64,000 nucleotides of DNA from a virus. Location: positions 1-64,000 of IMG/VR virus record IMGVR_UViG_3300005663_000003; one strand, written 5' to 3'. Under the pieces are notes generated by a model. It made no database searches. It was not told the DNA's origin and worked only from the letters and a program-made list of their open reading frames with translations. Below are positions 38,816 to 49,742 of the stretch, in pieces. Position 1 is the stretch's first letter; the number at the start of each line of letters is the position of its first letter. A program made the translations under genes and the position numbers.

Positions 38816-41800
38816 ATGCCTCAGAACACACCGCCCCCCGAGGTCCAAGACTTCCACCTGTTCGATGTGAACGGGATCAAGCAGCACCTGCTCCAGCTCT
38901 CGGGGAAGATACGCGCGGTGTTCTTCCCCCAGGGATTCTGGGACACCAGGCCGACTCCGCAAGACATCACGACGGTTCCGCCGACGGTCACTCTCCCACC
39001 GAACCCACCGAACAGTCGGCTCCGTGCGTTCGTCGTCGACCGCCTCCTGCAGATCATGGACGACACGGGGGCAACCGGTCGCGCCCTGGGTGAACTGCTT
39101 GGCGCTGACGCGAACGGCATCCTACGCGCGATCCCACCCGGGCCATCCGGGTCGCTCCTCTTGCGGGACGACTCAGCAGTCAGCGGGGTCAGTTGGCAAC
39201 AGCTACTTGCCATCACGGAGATTCCAGGTCAACACCAGTTCGGCAGCGTGATTGACTACACCCAAGAGGGTCCGGCTCCCGTCGTGTCGGAGGTCCAATA
39301 CACCAAGGTCTTCCTCACGCAAGGGATCAGCATCAACTCGATGTCGATCTTCCGCACGACCGGCGGAAGCGCGGCGAGGTTCATCAACCTCGGCCTATAC
39401 GATCAAGCCAGCCCGATGGACCCGAACGGCCAGCCCAGGAACAGGCTCGCCGAGACGGGAGCGACCGCTACCACGGGGACCGACAGCTTCATCTCTCCGG
39501 CTCTGATCGGCGCCCCCATCGCGATCCCAGCGACGGGGTTCTATTGGCTCGCGTTCATCACGGACACGCTCACGCCGTTGCGGGTGAGCTGCACCCTCGG
39601 AATCTACCCGGCCAACTTCCTACCTGTCTTCCGCGAGGCGAGCGCGGCGACGACGCTGCCGACCACGGCCAGCAGCCTCACTCAGCCAGCGAGCACGTTG
39701 ATGTTCGCCGCAGCCCTGGAATAGAGGCCCTGCCGCATCCTCACTTGGTTACTGTCTGAGGCTGGGCCCCCTCTGCTATACTCCGGCAACCCCCAAGTGA
39801 GGAAGTGACGAATGGGCTGCACGAGCGAGGGCGCACGCCGCGCCGCGAACCTGATCTATCGCCGTGGCATCCTCGCGGCGGCGCCCGACCCCGTCGACCT
39901 CACAAACCCGCTGCCGATCGACCCCGACCCCGCTGTCTTCAACGCTGGCCTGCAACCGAACACCGGAGAGACGGTCGTCATCTCCCTGGCGTTCCTCGGA
40001 GCGGGCGACGTGGCCGACATCAGCATCATCAACTGGGGGAACGACAAGGACGGCAACCAGGTCGCCCTCAGTGTGCGCGACCTCACTCAAGTCGCGGCGG
40101 GTGTCTTCACGGATCCTGATGGCGCCTTCTTCGGGACTGAGCTGGTCGAGCCCTGCAACGCTCCCCTGTTCGAAATCCGGGTGCGAGCGAACACCGGGAC
40201 CATCGACAAAATCCGGGTGTGGACCTACTAGCATGGCGCGTAAGCGGTGCGGAATTTCCCAGGGGCTATGCGCGGCGCGCGTCGCGGCGGCGGCGGGTGG
40301 CGCTCCAGCGGGACCCGTGCTCACCGTCGACCTCCAGAAGATTACCGCGAGTCCGCTGGAGCTGGGCGCCATCCTTCCGGTCGGCACGCAGTTCAACGCC
40401 TTCGAGATGGACGCGGCGGGAGCGCTCGTCACGCGCACCATCCAAGACGACGACGGCAATGGCGCGGTAGACATCCTCGGTGAAGCGAACCCGGTCCCCA
40501 ACGCGGGGATGGGATTCAGCTACGAGAAGACCACCATCGGTGGGCAGGTCACCTTCACTTACGTCGCCGACGACGGGACGACCGTGGCGCAAGACACCGA
40601 ACAGTATTTGTGGCTGCCGAGGATTTACCTCGGGGTCGAGCCGATCCCCGGCGCAGTGGACGAGGCGTTCATCGAAGCCCTTGTAGAGAGCGAGCTGCGC
40701 GGCGACAAGGGCATCGCGCGCACGGGCATCACCTGGACCACGGGCGAATACATCTGGATCGCCTTCCCCCAAGCCTTCAACCCTACCGACGTCCTCGACT
40801 TCCTCATCGGCGTGTTCCCTGGTGGGTTCTTGCTCGACACGGTGGGGGTAGCCGTCACGGCGAACACGGCGGGCTCGCCGGTCCCGATCCTCTACGACGT
40901 GTGGCGTTCGACCGGCGCAGGCATCGGCCTCCTTGTCGACGTCTCGGTCACCCCGTAGGAGCCAAGAGACATGCCAGCAGCAGACCCATTTGACACCACT
41001 GGCTTCGGGCCTGGAGATGTCCAGGTCTCGTCGACCATCGGCTCTGCCTCCCTCACGTCGGTGGTTCGGTCCATCGACATCAAGGGCGGCGCGATGCAGG
41101 TCGCCACCATCGCGGCTCGCGACGCGATCCCGGGCGCCGCGCTCGCTCGGAACGATCCCGCGCAGTTCCGCCAGGAAGGGATGACCTGCTGGGTCGCGGA
41201 CGCGGGCTCGGGCGTCCGCGCGGTGTTCCGTCTCGAAGGTGGCATCGCGAACGTCAACTGGGTCGACGTCACCAACTCGACATCCATCGCACCGAAGACC
41301 CGACTCACCGACGAGGCGAACGTCCTCGTCGGGCACATCCTCTGCCAGTCGCCCACGGTAGCGCAGCGCGTCCGGCTCTGCGACCTGTCCGCTGACGACG
41401 CGCTCTCCCGCCCGGTCGGCGTGGCGACCTCGGCCCAGCCGATCAGCGCGAACCCGGTCCAGCTCCAGACGAACGGCGGCGAGGTAATGGCCGTTCGTCT
41501 GGTCGCGGCCCTCGTGCTCGCCCTGGGCGAGGAGATCATCCTCAGCCAAATCAACGGAGAGGGAACGCTACCCGGTCAAGGCAGCGCGCCGGTAGCGGGC
41601 GAGATGGTTCAGCGTGTCGGGATCATCCTGGACTTCCTCGGCTACGACGGAGCGGCCGACCGTCTCGTTCTGGCTCAGCTCGACTTCAGCGGCACGCGAA
41701 GGATTGAATCCTGATGGCTGACATCATCTTGAATTTGCAGAACGTCATGGGCGTGCCGATCACCCTGACCGTCGATGAGAATCAGAAGCTGCCCGTGGCT

Positions 41801-41896
41801 CACTTCGTCGACTCGACCGGTGAGAAGAAAGCGGGAGACCTGGAGGCGGGCGACTGTGTCTACCACGGCCGCGCAGCCTTCACCGTTACCGCGTAG
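38816..41896 (+). other. Five probable virion/appendage genes (38816-39724, 39812-40231, 40233-40958, 40971-41714, 41714-41896)
   Basis: Beta-rich, Gly/Thr-rich ORFs in the tail module with RBSs or couplings. Confidence 0.65.
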
Positions 41897-41905
41897 GAGA
41901 GAACC

Positions 41906-44383
41906 ATGCCCAACCCACTCGTAATCGACATTCGCGGCCAGACGCCAGGCGTCGGGCCAGCCCGCGTCGGAACGCTCGACGGCGGACTGTTCTTCTCGCA
42001 GATCGGGACGGACCTTATCGGCTCTGGAGGCGACCTCACCCAGAATGACGGAAGCGCTCCCCAGGGTCTGGTGAGTCGGTTCCGTGGGATTCTCTACGCC
42101 TTCGCTGCACGCGCGTCCACCTTCGGCCGTATTTGGCCCTACGACGAAGGGGGGATCGACGACTGGGTGCCCGAGTCCGAAGGGGTGCCGCAGGTTGCCA
42201 AGGGTGGACAGGGTCGCAACACGAGTATGAACACGGTCAACGTCCTTTCGGTCGGCGGGCTGGTCGTCGTCAACACCGAGAACCAGGACTACCTCGTCGG
42301 CGTCGAAGTCAACTTCGGGTCGAACGTAGTCAGCTTCCACCGCTACAACCCCGACGACTCCAACGACGGGCAAGTAGGCGGGCGGTGGGACACGTTCACT
42401 TCGACCGCCTTGGCCGCCGACAACAACAGTGCGATCATTTTCGTTCACAACGGGCTCGTCCACTTCATGTATTCCCTCCTTGACGACCTGGGCGTGCTCA
42501 AGAGCTTCGACCCGGTCACGGGTGGGATCGTCAACTACACTCGCCCGTTCGACGACTCCCAACAGCACGGAGCGTTCTTCACTCTCTACGACCGGCTGTT
42601 CGCCCTCGGGGTAATCGACACTGGGGGGGCTTTCCCACACGAGAACGAATGCGCCGAGTTCGCATTGGGGGTTTGGACGGTCGTTCTTACCACGGCTGGC
42701 AACTTCGGCCACCTAAGCAACCGAGGTTCTAACGTCGCTGTCTTCCAGTTGAGCCCGACGAAAGTGCTCGCGATTGGTAGCGGCGGCTCCAACGTCGCAG
42801 CCGGACTACTCGCGGCACTCTTTACCACGGTTGGCGACAGCCCGACCGGAGCGCTTCAGGTCACCGACGTCACCGACCCGGTCATTCCTCCGTCGCTTCG
42901 TGACGGTGCGCCACCGCCTCCCGACCCGCAGGACTACCGGTGCTTCGGACACGCGAACACGTCCGATCCACTCGGGACCTTGCGTCACTTCATGTTCTTC
43001 CACCCCGACGGCGCTGCCACGGTCACGCCCTCCACGCTGTTCGAAGTCATCGACGAGCTGACCGAGATCGTTAGCCTCGGCGCACCACAGTCGGACTCGA
43101 ACTTCGCTTTCCCTGTAGGCTTCTACGGCGGCGGCGAGCAAGAGAACGGCATCGACGGAAGCACACGTCTGGTCACCGTCTCGCCTCGTGGCTGGGCGGC
43201 AGGAACCACCGGCCTGCGCGTGCGCTGTTCTGCCCACGGCGATGCCCCCGTCCTCGCCCATGGGCCCATCACCGTCGGGACCAAGCTGCGCCACGGGGTC
43301 GTGACCGCTGGCCCCTTCCAGTTCGCCGAGGTCATCACCGGATCGGACTCGGGCGCGACCGGAACCGTCAGCGGCTTCGGGTCCAACGGCGTCACGGTCA
43401 CCCCCACCGCTGGCACCTTCGTCGGTGGCGAGGTCATCACGGGTGGCACGTCGGGCGCGTCGGCAATCCTTGGCATGTCGATGGGGTTTGAGACGGTCCC
43501 GTTCGTTCCCGGCGAGATCCTCACGGGCGGGACCTCCCTCGCTACGGCGGTGGTCGTCGCACGGTTCAAGCGCACGCTCCCAACCGCTGGACTCCTCACC
43601 GTCGAGGTCTCCACGATCGTGGGCGGCCCGTTCACCGCTGGCGAAACTCTCACGGGAAGCATCGGCGGCGGGACGGCGACCCTCGCGGCGCCGCCCCCTG
43701 CGGAGTATGAAGTCCTCTCGGTCCTCACCGGACTGACCTCGGGCGCGACCGCGATCATCTCGGGCGACGGCGCGAATGAGGGCCTATACGTCCGCGAGGT
43801 CATCGGAACGTTCGCCGAGGGCGAGGAGGTCGAGGATGACACCGGCACCCGCTCGACGTTGGACCACGTCCTCCAACACGGGGCGGTGACGCTCGGACCG
43901 TTCCAGGTCGCCGAGTCCATCCTGGGCGGGACGAGCGGAGCGACCGCAGACATCACCCACCTCGGGATCGGCGGCGCGGGCGAGCAGCTTGTGAAGGTCG
44001 ACAACGTCGCGGGCGGCCCATTCCAAAACGGCGAGGTCATCACGGGCGGGACCAGCGGCGCAAGCGCGCCGCTGTCCGCAGCTCCTGCCGGTGTCCATGG
44101 CGGCCTGGCCGACAAAACCATCCGCGCTCGCTTCTTCCTCGGGGCCGGGCCGAGTGGCAAGGGCATCCCCCTCACCGGCTTCGCCACCATGGTCGCGGGC
44201 AGCGGATTCAAGGGCACCGTGTCGAAGGGCTCGGGGCCGGGAGGAAGCGACGAACTCATCAACGTCATCGCCGACGGCACGGTAGGGGGAGACATCCCCC
44301 CCAGCTTCGAATGGGATTTCTTGGCCGACGGCGTCCCGAAATTCCTGGTGACGTCGATGGCTTTCGAAATCGACCGCGTCTAA
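41906..44383 (+). CDS. Large virion protein with GEVITGGTSGA repeats
   Basis: 825 aa; eight half-repeats F..GE.ITG.TSGA.A at about 43250-44075. Confidence 0.75.
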   Translation: MPNPLVIDIRGQTPGVGPARVGTLDGGLFFSQIGTDLIGSGGDLTQNDGSAPQGLVSRFRGILYAFAARASTFGRIWPYDEGGIDDWVPESEGVPQVAKGGQGRNTSMNTVNVLSVGGLVVVNTENQDYLVGVEVNFGSNVVSFHRYNPDDSNDGQVGGRWDTFTSTALAADNNSAIIFVHNGLVHFMYSLLDDLGVLKSFDPVTGGIVNYTRPFDDSQQHGAFFTLYDRLFALGVIDTGGAFPHENECAEFALGVWTVVLTTAGNFGHLSNRGSNVAVFQLSPTKVLAIGSGGSNVAAGLLAALFTTVGDSPTGALQVTDVTDPVIPPSLRDGAPPPPDPQDYRCFGHANTSDPLGTLRHFMFFHPDGAATVTPSTLFEVIDELTEIVSLGAPQSDSNFAFPVGFYGGGEQENGIDGSTRLVTVSPRGWAAGTTGLRVRCSAHGDAPVLAHGPITVGTKLRHGVVTAGPFQFAEVITGSDSGATGTVSGFGSNGVTVTPTAGTFVGGEVITGGTSGASAILGMSMGFETVPFVPGEILTGGTSLATAVVVARFKRTLPTAGLLTVEVSTIVGGPFTAGETLTGSIGGGTATLAAPPPAEYEVLSVLTGLTSGATAIISGDGANEGLYVREVIGTFAEGEEVEDDTGTRSTLDHVLQHGAVTLGPFQVAESILGGTSGATADITHLGIGGAGEQLVKVDNVAGGPFQNGEVITGGTSGASAPLSAAPAGVHGGLADKTIRARFFLGAGPSGKGIPLTGFATMVAGSGFKGTVSKGSGPGGSDELINVIADGTVGGDIPPSFEWDFLADGVPKFLVTSMAFEIDRV

Positions 44384-44394
44384 CGAGGTAGTCC

Positions 44395-47247
44395 GTGGCC
44401 GGAGACATTCTCGGATTCATCGTGATGCAGTCGACCATCTCGGGCTCGCGCATCAGTCCGGCGATGCTCGCCTTCGCCGAGGGTGGCGGGCAGGACCCGG
44501 AGAACGTCGCGCCGGACATGGGGCTTGGCCTCACTGGCGGATTCGAAAACAGTGGCGAGCTGCTGAGCTGGCGTCAATACGACCGGGTCATCAGGCGGTT
44601 CAATGACGTCACCGGCATCCAGTTCTTCGCCTGGATCCGAGACAAAATCTTGGAGCTGTCCACTGGTTGGGCGCTCGCCCACACCATCACCGGTCAAGAC
44701 CCGGGGGTGGACTTCGGCCTACACACCGGTCTCTACCACGTCACGCAAGGCGATGGCACTGAGCACCTGTGCGGGTTCTACGATGTGGAGTTCGGTGGAA
44801 CGGGCTGGCTCAAGTTCGATCCAAGGACGAACATCTGGACGCACGCGGCGGTGGCTGGCACGGCAGACCAGGCCATCACGTTCGGGATGTGCGTCGGCTA
44901 CAAGGGGCGCCTATATCACTGCAACAGCGGCAACGGTGGGGTCCTTCAAGAGTTCGACCCGATCGCGGAGACGCTCCGCGAGTTCCCAATGGGGTCCGGT
45001 GCCCAATACGCGAAGCTCGCGGTGGTCGGTGGTCGGCTGTTCATCTTCCCGGACTCGGGCCAGGCACGCCTCCTTGAGTTCGCGTTCGGCGGCGTCATCA
45101 CCGCCGCGACGCTCGCAGCCCAGTCGGTCGGGCCGAACTACAGCAGCGGCGGCGATAACATGCTGGTCGCCCACCTGACGGAAAACAACGGGCTTGCTGT
45201 CTTCTGGAACTGCCAACAGGACGGGTCCGGCTACCGACTCCACATCGTGACTCAGCCGACGCCCGGCGTCCCCGGTTCGCCGCTCACGGTGGTCGAGGAG
45301 CTGGGCCAGATCATGGACGGGTCACCCGACTCGCTCGACGCCTTCGCGTTCTTCGGCAATGCGGTCGCCTACTTCAGCTCCTTCTTCCCGGCGATCGGCT
45401 TCAACGCTGACCTCATGTGGACCGACGGCGGATGGCAGTTGGAACAGGGACCGCTGTTCAGCGGCACCCCGCTCGCGTTCCTGATGATCAAGTTCACGCA
45501 GCCGTCGAGCTACGCGACCGCCAACCTGGTCCCGGGCCCTCACATCACCGGCTACCCAACCAACCGGGTTCGTGTCGACTGGCGAGGCGTGGACCGCGTG
45601 ATGACCTACGTGGACGCGGGCAAGTTCTCCCCGCCGGTCGATCACTCGGTGTCGCTGACCCACTCGCAAATCACCGCGCCGTGGGGATCGTCGGAGCGCC
45701 TGTTCAGCAACGGGCCATCCATCACGAACATCAAGGTGGAACCCTACAGCGATGGAACGGTGGCGCGCGGTCTACGGCTCACATTCAAGATCGCGGCAAG
45801 TCAAACCCTCGGGGACCAGGGAAGCCTCCTCTACTTCGGATTTGGTCGCTTCCTCGGCCAGCCGAATGTGCGCCTCTCGCTCTCGACCGGCGACAACCCT
45901 GCGACGTTCCCCGGGGGAGTCGCGACCTTCGACGCCGCGAGCAACCGCCTGGAGAACGTGCCACCGACGGGGGTGGGCCGGACGACTCTGGCGCACGACA
46001 CGCCAGTGGGTGCGTTCATCAACGGCGAGCTGGTAGAGGGTCAGACGAGCTTGGCGCGCGGGACCATTCGCATCCTCGGCTCAGGCGCGATGTTCGTCGC
46101 TGGGATCATCGGCACGTTCGTAGATGGCGAGCAGCTACTGGGCCTGACCTCGGCCGCGACAGCGAACGCGACGGCCGCACCTGACCCGCGCCCCACCTAT
46201 CAAATCATCTGGGACGTCGGCGCGAGCGGCGACAACATCCCCGAGCGGGAGTGGGTCTCGGTCCAGGGGGCGCACTTCAACACCGAGGGCAAGGCCAAAT
46301 ACATCACGTCCTCCAACTACCAGCTCCAGATCATCACGCTTCTCACGCTGCCGGGCAACCCGGCTTCGACGCAAGGCCCCGTCGCCGAGGCGGACCCGGA
46401 CACTAGCGCGACCGTGCTGACGACTCAGGGACCCGTGGTCGAGTGGACACCAGATAGCGCGGCCTCGCCCGCGACCACGCAAGGCCCGGTGGCGGAGACC
46501 AGCCCCAACTCCAGCGCGTCACCGCTCAGCACACAGGGCCCGGTGGCTGAGGCAGCTACCAAGACGAGCGAGACTCCCGCGACGACCCAAGGACCGGTCA
46601 GTGAGTTCGTTCCTGACGCCGACCTGGAAGCGAACCTCCTCACCAAGGTCGCAGGCCGACCAGTCGCCCAAGGCGGGGGACTCGTCGGCTTCGAGGACGA
46701 CAGCGGGCCACAAGGCGACCGCGACGCGCTGACGATGGGAAGCTCGCTCGTCCTCCCCGGCCAACCGTGGGAGCCGGACTCGATGCTTCCCCAGGGGCCC
46801 GAGTTCGCCAAGCGACTCGACGGCAAGGTGGAGCTGGGCCGCGCGACCTTCGACGCCGAGAACGACGCGGTGGGCACGCGGCAGGTTCTCCTCGATGTCG
46901 ATGCCGCTGGGCTCGGTGCCCTCGGTGTTCCTCCCGGTGACCTGCCGGTCGGTTCCATCCTCGGAGCTGGCCTGCTCCTCGTCGTCGCCCGCGCCACCAA
47001 CGTCAGCACGGCCCCCTCGACTCAGCCCCAGCTCGGGCTGGGAGTCGGCGGGAGCTTCGATGACCAGGTGGCCCAGCAAGCCCTGAACCTCGTCGCGACC
47101 GGGCAAAATGAGGCGATGGCCCTCGTCTCGGTGCGCGACCTCCTCGCGGCTGGCGACGTGCTGGAGGCACAGCTCGACGTCCAAGCCGTGACCACGGGCG
47201 ACTACGTCATCGAGATCGTCGTGTATGGCTTCCACCGGGTAGGGTAG
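44395..47247 (+). CDS. Large virion protein (propeller-like N-terminus, TQGPV repeats)
   Basis: 950 aa; kelch-like segments; five 18-aa repeats. Confidence 0.75.
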   Translation: MAGDILGFIVMQSTISGSRISPAMLAFAEGGGQDPENVAPDMGLGLTGGFENSGELLSWRQYDRVIRRFNDVTGIQFFAWIRDKILELSTGWALAHTITGQDPGVDFGLHTGLYHVTQGDGTEHLCGFYDVEFGGTGWLKFDPRTNIWTHAAVAGTADQAITFGMCVGYKGRLYHCNSGNGGVLQEFDPIAETLREFPMGSGAQYAKLAVVGGRLFIFPDSGQARLLEFAFGGVITAATLAAQSVGPNYSSGGDNMLVAHLTENNGLAVFWNCQQDGSGYRLHIVTQPTPGVPGSPLTVVEELGQIMDGSPDSLDAFAFFGNAVAYFSSFFPAIGFNADLMWTDGGWQLEQGPLFSGTPLAFLMIKFTQPSSYATANLVPGPHITGYPTNRVRVDWRGVDRVMTYVDAGKFSPPVDHSVSLTHSQITAPWGSSERLFSNGPSITNIKVEPYSDGTVARGLRLTFKIAASQTLGDQGSLLYFGFGRFLGQPNVRLSLSTGDNPATFPGGVATFDAASNRLENVPPTGVGRTTLAHDTPVGAFINGELVEGQTSLARGTIRILGSGAMFVAGIIGTFVDGEQLLGLTSAATANATAAPDPRPTYQIIWDVGASGDNIPEREWVSVQGAHFNTEGKAKYITSSNYQLQIITLLTLPGNPASTQGPVAEADPDTSATVLTTQGPVVEWTPDSAASPATTQGPVAETSPNSSASPLSTQGPVAEAATKTSETPATTQGPVSEFVPDADLEANLLTKVAGRPVAQGGGLVGFEDDSGPQGDRDALTMGSSLVLPGQPWEPDSMLPQGPEFAKRLDGKVELGRATFDAENDAVGTRQVLLDVDAAGLGALGVPPGDLPVGSILGAGLLLVVARATNVSTAPSTQPQLGLGVGGSFDDQVAQQALNLVATGQNEAMALVSVRDLLAAGDVLEAQLDVQAVTTGDYVIEIVVYGFHRVG
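46360..46610 (+). repeat. Five 54-nt coding repeats (TQGPVxE)
   Basis: TQGP codons begin at 46369, 46423, 46477, 46531 and 46585. Confidence 0.9.
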
Positions 47248-47251
47248 AGAC

Positions 47252-47827
47252 ATGTCGGGAACCTCACTAGGCAAGACGGACGGCAGGCCGGGAGCGCAGG
47301 ATGGCGGACTCGCCATCCGCGTCGACACGGTCGACCAGGGCGTGCGGAACAACATCAACTTTAGGAACACGCCCGGCGTGCGATGGGCTGCGGTCGACGA
47401 CCCGACGCCCCCGGCTCGGATGATCGTGACCGCCGAACTCGATGCCGAGGTTCTTCTGGCGCCCCCAGTCACGGGCCTCGACCTCGCCACGGGCACCGTC
47501 CTCGCGACACTCCTCACGGCCATCGCCGCGCAGCTCATGCACGTCACGCGGGTCGTTCTCATCGCCACCGACATCAGCGGGCTCACCGTTCAACCCACGG
47601 TCCAGTTGGGCACTGACGTCACGGTGCCCAGCAACCTCGCGTCACCGCAGGCGCTCGCGCTCACCGCCACGGGGCAGATTCAAGAGCTGGCCTTGGCCGA
47701 TCCCCGGCCGGGAGTCGACGCGGGCCCCAGCGTATTCGACGAGGCCATCCTGGATCAGACCGTAGCCGCGACCGCGACCACCTACGAAGTCACCGCGCAA
47801 ATCTGGGGCGTCGTCCTCACTCCGTAG
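47252..47827 (+). CDS. Virion protein paralogous to the C-terminus of 44395-47247
   Basis: ATDISGLTVQPTVQLG..QALALTATGQ versus ATNVSTAPSTQPQLGLG..QALNLVATGQ. Confidence 0.7.
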   Translation: MSGTSLGKTDGRPGAQDGGLAIRVDTVDQGVRNNINFRNTPGVRWAAVDDPTPPARMIVTAELDAEVLLAPPVTGLDLATGTVLATLLTAIAAQLMHVTRVVLIATDISGLTVQPTVQLGTDVTVPSNLASPQALALTATGQIQELALADPRPGVDAGPSVFDEAILDQTVAATATTYEVTAQIWGVVLTP

Positions 47828-47850
47828 AGTAGGGGTGAAGCGAGGAAGCG

Positions 47851-49713
47851 ATGACCGAACAGAAGAAGATCGAAGCCCGCGCGAGGCGGGAGAACGCGGC
47901 GGACTTGTGGGACCGCCTTTGGAGTGAGCCCGAGTCGCGCGACTGGCGGGAGGTCGCTCTCGGCAAGGTCTACAACCGCATCATCAGTTACGTCCCGAAG
48001 GGCGCGAGCGTCATCGACTTCGGCGGCGGCGTCGGTGCGTTCGGTGCGAGACTCACCGCCGCACGCGACAACGCCGTCGACGTCCTCGTCCTCGACCACA
48101 GCAGGGCGGCCATCGACATCGCCAGGGGCAAGGGGCTGCGCGCCGACTACGTCGACCTGGAGGACCACAACAGCGTCCTTGACGCGGTCATCGACGGGAC
48201 CAACGAAGGCGAGCTGGATCCCATCTGGATCGCCACCGAAGTCCTTGAGCATCTCTCGGTCGAGGGGCGGGCGCGGCTGCTCGAACACATCTCCTGCTAC
48301 CGCGACGACGCGCCGGGGTTCTTTACCGTTCCGAACAACTGCCTCGGCCCCGAGGTCGAGCCGCAGCACACCATCCAGTTCACGGCGATGAGCTTCACGC
48401 GAGAGCTGCGCGAGCACTTCGACCACGTCCGCGTCGAGGTTCTCGGTCCCTACCTCCTCGGCATCGTCGGCGACCCGGCCAAGACTACGGCGAGCGTCTC
48501 GATGTGTCTGCCGGTGCGCGACGAGGAAGCGGACCTGGAGGCGGTGCTCGCCAGCTTCCGAGGCTTCGTCCGCGAGATCGTCGTGGGGGTCGACCCGCGA
48601 ACAGTCGATCGCACGCGAGAGATTGCGGCACTCTACGCGGACGTGGTCTTCGAGCTGGAGGACCCGACCTGCTCCGACACGACGAACCCGCTCCACGATC
48701 CGGCGGTGCCGGAGACGGGCTGTCACTTCTCGTGGCTGCGGAACCAGTGCATCGAACGCTGCTCCTCGGAGTGGGTGTTTATGACCGAGGGCCATGAGCG
48801 GTTGTGGCAGGGCCACGATGTTCTCCTCGGTGTCGGCGAGCTGCTCAAGGAGGCCGACGTCGCTTACGTCTGGCGTCGCGGGAAGCATCAGCGGTGGCTG
48901 TTCCCCTGGCTCGCGCGCCGCGACCTTCGCTACAAGCGCTCGACGCACAACATCGTCGACATCCCCGAGGACGCGCGCCGCGCGCTCATGCGCGACATCG
49001 TCACCTTCCACGACCGCGACCACGGCAACGCGGAGAAGCGTTCGGTGCAGAGGAAGGAGCAGAACAAGAAGACGCTATGGGACGACTGGAACCTGCACGG
49101 GAATCCGACCTCCCTGTTCTACTTTGCGCAGGAACTCAAACCCGACGACCCGGAGGGGGCCGTCGAGCACTTCGAGGACTTCCTGTCCTGCACCGAGTCG
49201 CCCGCCGGGCAGATGCGCTACCAGGCGCGGTTGATCCTCGCCAAGCTCTACCTGCAACTCTCGGGCGAAGACTCCGAGGATGGACACGACGTCCTCGCGT
49301 CCCAGCGGCTCGACCGCTGCGCCGAAGTCCTCCACGGTTGCAGCGCCGAAGACTGGAGCCGGACCGAACACTGGCTCTGGCTCGGGGACCTCGCTTTCGC
49401 TCGCGACCAGTTCGAGATGGCCTACCGCTTCTATGGCTACTCGGGCCTCAGCGCTGGCACGATGCCCGCGACGGTTTGGTGGGTCGACGATGCCACCTAC
49501 CTCTGGCTCCCCGCTCAGCGCCTCGCCATGACGTGCGGGCTCCTCGGGCGTGAGGCTGAGGCCCTGGTGTGGGCCAGGCGCGTCGAGAGGCTCCTCCCTG
49601 CGGACGCCTCAGTAGAGTGCATCGAGGAAGCGGCCAGGAACGTCGAGGTTATCGAGGAGTTCATCGCGGCTCGCAAGGACCAGCGCAACCCCGTTGCTGA
49701 ACCCGTGGCCTGA
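47851..49713 (+). CDS. SAM methyltransferase - GT2 glycosyltransferase - TPR fusion
   Basis: VIDFGGGVG and EVLEHL; VSMCLPVRDEE..EIVVGVD..HFSWLRN; helical TPR-like C-terminus. Confidence 0.85.
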   Translation: MTEQKKIEARARRENAADLWDRLWSEPESRDWREVALGKVYNRIISYVPKGASVIDFGGGVGAFGARLTAARDNAVDVLVLDHSRAAIDIARGKGLRADYVDLEDHNSVLDAVIDGTNEGELDPIWIATEVLEHLSVEGRARLLEHISCYRDDAPGFFTVPNNCLGPEVEPQHTIQFTAMSFTRELREHFDHVRVEVLGPYLLGIVGDPAKTTASVSMCLPVRDEEADLEAVLASFRGFVREIVVGVDPRTVDRTREIAALYADVVFELEDPTCSDTTNPLHDPAVPETGCHFSWLRNQCIERCSSEWVFMTEGHERLWQGHDVLLGVGELLKEADVAYVWRRGKHQRWLFPWLARRDLRYKRSTHNIVDIPEDARRALMRDIVTFHDRDHGNAEKRSVQRKEQNKKTLWDDWNLHGNPTSLFYFAQELKPDDPEGAVEHFEDFLSCTESPAGQMRYQARLILAKLYLQLSGEDSEDGHDVLASQRLDRCAEVLHGCSAEDWSRTEHWLWLGDLAFARDQFEMAYRFYGYSGLSAGTMPATVWWVDDATYLWLPAQRLAMTCGLLGREAEALVWARRVERLLPADASVECIEEAARNVEVIEEFIAARKDQRNPVAEPVA

Positions 49714-49742
49714 ACCTGCTATCCTCACTTGAAGGAGGACCC

